From: Macrostomum lignano
Lineage: Eukaryota
DNA: 64,000 nucleotides
Assembly (NCBI GenBank): GCA_002269645.1
Contig: NIVC01000946.1
Coordinates: 248,001 to 312,000 of the forward strand
Direction: 5' to 3'
Shown here: one piece after another, positions 60,596 to 64,000 of the stretch
Layout: each line of letters starts with the position of its first letter
Numbering within the stretch: position 1 is the stretch's first letter
Notes under the pieces: generated by a model
Told to the model about the DNA's origin: nothing
What the model saw: the letters and a program-made list of their open reading frames with translations, nothing else
The model's database searches: none
Position numbers and translations under genes: made by a program

Positions 60596-61503
60596 TTTGG
60601 GTTGTATAGGTGATGCTATGAGTCGAGTAAATAAAACTGATGCAGGATGGAATGGGCGGGGTTCGGCAGTGAATATGTATCACAACAGCCGTGGCTTTAG
60701 CTGTACACTGGACGCAAGATTCAATCCAAAGGGGTATGAGATGTGCGCAAAAGATGCAAGCCGATAGACAGGAAATTATCCGTGAGCAGCAGCCTCGTGC
60801 ATCTGAGATCATGGGAGGACGAGAAGGGAAAGAAAATGGGAAAGAACCTTTTGCTCGGGGCCTCCAGCTAAACAAATCGAGTTCTGCAGGCCCCACCCTA
60901 TTTTGGGCGTTGCCTAAGATTCGGCTGCCGAGTCTAGTATGGTGCGCGAGATGTAAAATATTAGTACTGTATGACAGTTTACCCTATGCTTTACCCTATG
61001 CAGCTAATGAGCTGAGTAGGATCCAAGTAATTCGACTGAAACTATTTGTGCATTAGTACGAAAAAGTATTTTAGACAAGCTACAATTTAACCGCCAGCAG
61101 TCTGATGGTAAGCAGTCCTTACCACGCTGACACTCCAATCCAAGCCTAAATTTTAACGAAGTAAAACAAAAGTAAGCAGATCGTACAAATCGTACTGATC
61201 GTACACTTAGATGCAAAAGTACTCCAAAACGTGTTTAGATTTAGATATGTGTTTAGACAACTTTAAACTACAAATAAACATAATAACTCAGTAAACATAC
61301 AAACTACATGTACATTAATTTGCATGTAACAGTAAAAGCTGACCATTGAGTTTGGAAATATTCTGGTCGGAGAATATTTAGCTACATAATATTTGCTTAT
61401 AGAAAATATACCGACTTACATTATATTTTGACTAAGTTCGAGTGAACAGGTTGCCTTCAAATAGATTCATTAAGGCAGACTTAGTCCAAATCGCAGTCGA
61501 AGA

Positions 61504-62510
61504 TCAGGCATGCCACTGCTGAAAGCAGGCTTCCAAGCAGAGCCCCGGTTCCCCTGGACACTCTGGGCAGCAGTAGATCGTGCGCTTGCTGCTTCCAGCT
61601 CTGTAGCAGACACGACAGCGCTTTGTTGGTATAGGCTGACTGTCCCGCGCCACGATCTTCGTTGGAAAGTGCGGACTGACTGGGCCACCTGGAGCGGCCT
61701 GGATGGCAGCGGCCGGGCGCTTCCTGCTCCTTCCGATACGCTCCACCAGCTCCCGAATGCTGGCCTCAAGAAACTTGGCGAACGTCTTCTCTCCACCGCA
61801 CCGGCTGTACACAATCCAAGCGTTGCGAATCATTTGAAGAAAAAGATGCAAGCCGAGCTTCAGAAACCACTTTGTAGTTTTCCTCCCTGGCAGATGAGGC
61901 TGTAGATGACTGTCCATTCTGTCAACACCACCCATGCACCGATTGTAGGTGAGAACTGACCTGCTCTTCTGCACCACTGTTTCTGCTCCTCCACGAACCA
62001 CGCGTCTGGTTTGAACCCTCTCAGCCGCCTCTTTCGTGTCCAGCAAATCAGAGTCTTCAGGCCACTCTCCTTTCGTGCAACGATCTCACCCCGTCTTTGC
62101 GCATGAAGGCGACGTCGTTAGGTGGAACATGCAGCTGTCTGAGCTCAATCGGCACCCTCGGTCGGCCCGGACGGTACAAGTCAGGTGCGTTCCTTGAGTC
62201 AGAAGGTACTCTGACAGCCGATAGGAACCGAACCATTTGTCGACAAAGATGCGATAGCCTTGGTGCAGCAAATGGTAGCAGAGCTCAACAACAATCTTCT
62301 CGTTGAAGGACAGATTGTCTCCCTGCAACTGTTCATCTAACCAGCGGTTCTCCTCTGGGGTCGAGTGAACGCGGAAGTTGTATAGGTAGCCTGAGTCAGG
62401 GACTTCTGCGATATTAAAGCCGAGTTTCCAGTCCCTTAATTCTATGGTAAACTTATATCGCAGAAGTCCCTGGTCCAGTACAAACCTGATGGGGACCAGT
62501 ATTGAATATT
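61504..62510 (-). mobile_element. Degenerate piggyBac (PGBD4-like) transposase, 5'-truncated and frameshifted
   Basis: 'GYLYNFRV', 'GYRIFVDKWFGSYRLSEYLLTQGTHLTCTVRADRG', 'YNRCMGGVDRMD...RKTTKW', C-terminal Cys-rich 'KRCRVC...YCCPECPGEPGLCLEACFQQWH'. TTAA-bounded TIRs were not confidently located. Confidence 0.9.
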
Positions 62511-63627
62511 TGTTGAATGAAAGCTAAAGAACTTGAAGCATAACATGTTCTTTTTGCTCATGCATGTTTATGTGAAACGTAGAAAACTAAATTTGTTTCC
62601 AAGAAAGTGATATCTCTGATCAGATTGTAATCTTCAAGTTCTTCGTTTATAAAATGAACTGACCGCGAGGCATGTAACAATATAAAATAAGATTACAATG
62701 TGATCAAATATTTTACTGAAAGCAGCTGATGACGATAGGAATTCTTTCTTTGTCATCAGCGAATCAGTGAAATGGAGCATGAATTACAAATGATTAGTGA
62801 ATGACAATTCGATTTAAACTACTCGATTTACGGAGCCCGGCCTTCCTGCTGATTGAGAGGGATGTAAAATACGAAGTGAACAGAATCGAGGTACATGTAG
62901 CGTGAGCTAGACACCCAGCAGATGGCCATCTAGGGGGCGCAGATGACGAAATGATAAGAAACTGAAATTGAGCTGCCAAACTAACAGGAGCTATCAAAAG
63001 GTGTCAAAAAATTCTGTGATAATCTGCACTACGAGCGTAACTATCTGTTAAAAATGACTAAGTCTGCAAACCATGCGAACCGGGCAACTACTCGTACTTC
63101 TTTTTGCTACGATTTACTAGTATTGAAAATCTACACTGAAAAGATAATTTTCTGAAATTTGCATTTTATCTATTAAAAGACAGTAGATTAAATTAAAAAA
63201 TAGCCTTTCAAAACATAAAAAATGCTTAAAAATTATGAATTTGTTTAAAATAGAGTATTTTAATTTAAAAGACAAAAGGAATTAATTAAGGTTCCGTTCC
63301 CGATAAGAAAAAAATAACAAAAAGATCGATTTGGCAAAAAACATTTGAATGTAAAACGATTTTTGACTCGAAACTAAAATTTACCATCTGAAATCTGTGT
63401 ATATGTAAAAAATCAGCTTCACAGACCTTACTGTTGCTTCAGTGCACGTCTCCAATCTTGCATAGCGTGATGTTGAAACGTCAGAAAATGTACGATTTCG
63501 TAGCTACAAGGGTTTGTAACTTTGAATTTATAAAATAACCAGCTTATACTCGTAGGTTACAGTGTAATTATACAACAACAGCAACACAAAAAAATACGCA
63601 GTCCCCCAGTAGTCAGTGGAGGGAGCG

Positions 63628-64000
63628 TCAGATGGCATGTCGAAGCGCTAGCAGGCGAAGAATCAATTGCCCGGCCCATTGATCGACGGTGTCGGGCGCC
63701 ACAACGTTGCTCAGGATGCTGTCCATGTATCTCCGTGTCCTCGATTGCTTGAGCCCGCTGAACGGTTCCCGCAAAGTGAGCGGCAGGATGTCCTGGACAG
63801 GCTTTGGCAATAGCCCGGATCTGCACGTAGCGCCTGTCAGTAGTTGGAGTCGCCGTCTCGGTGCAGGATGGTACATGTGTTTTTTTGTCTTGCAGCTGTG
63901 CGTCCCTCTCGCACAGGTCCTTGGACGGGACGATTTTGTCAGCCTGAACGCATAGAGCAGCCCCGCGGGCCGAGTGCTCCAATTGTCTAGCTGTTGCTCC
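63628..64000 (-). CDS. Possible terminal coding exon of a gene continuing beyond the window, product unknown
   Basis: GC-richer open frame from the window edge (EQQLDNWSTRPAGLLYAF...QLILRLLALRHAI*). No recognisable motif; an overlapping frame is also open. Confidence 0.3.
   Translation of the reverse strand, partial: EQQLDNWSTRPAGLLYAFRLTKSSRPRTCARGTHSCKTKKHMYHPAPRRRLQLLTGATCRSGLLPKPVQDILPLTLREPFSGLKQSRTRRYMDSILSNVVAPDTVDQWAGQLILRLLALRHAI

Overview
Eukaryotic (metazoan, invertebrate-like) nuclear DNA with spliceosomal GT-AG introns, GC-rich exons and AT-rich, repeat-dense spacers. The compositional style suggests a free-living flatworm such as Macrostomum, which is an inference only. Genes: the 3' part of a polycystin-1-like (PKD1L-type) gene (1-7613), a TRAIP-like RING E3 ligase whose terminal exon is tandemly duplicated (14502-17469), a small secreted 8-Cys peptide precursor (20632-20943, minus), CFAP20/BUG22 (23818-32198, minus, 4 exons), an intronless neprilysin-like protein lacking HExxH (45230-47626), a PKG/AGC-like pseudokinase (52506-55155), a single-pass membrane protein (55519-60595, minus) and a partial ORF at the right edge. 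Mobile DNA: a DIRS/Ngaro tyrosine-recombinase retroelement relic, a Merlin MITE, a Merlin transposon relic, a foldback element with ~600-bp arms, nested inverted-repeat elements, a tRNA-derived SINE and a piggyBac relic. About 20 unrelated minisatellite arrays are also present. No prokaryotic system, CRISPR array, rRNA or intact tRNA was seen. The best leads are the orphan cysteine-rich secreted peptide with 31 tandem AP-1 motifs upstream, the TRAIP-like exon duplication with compensating frameshifts, two predicted pseudoenzymes, and the dsRNA-forming elements in CFAP20 intron 1. All exon boundaries and repeat periods were read by eye; no database search was run.
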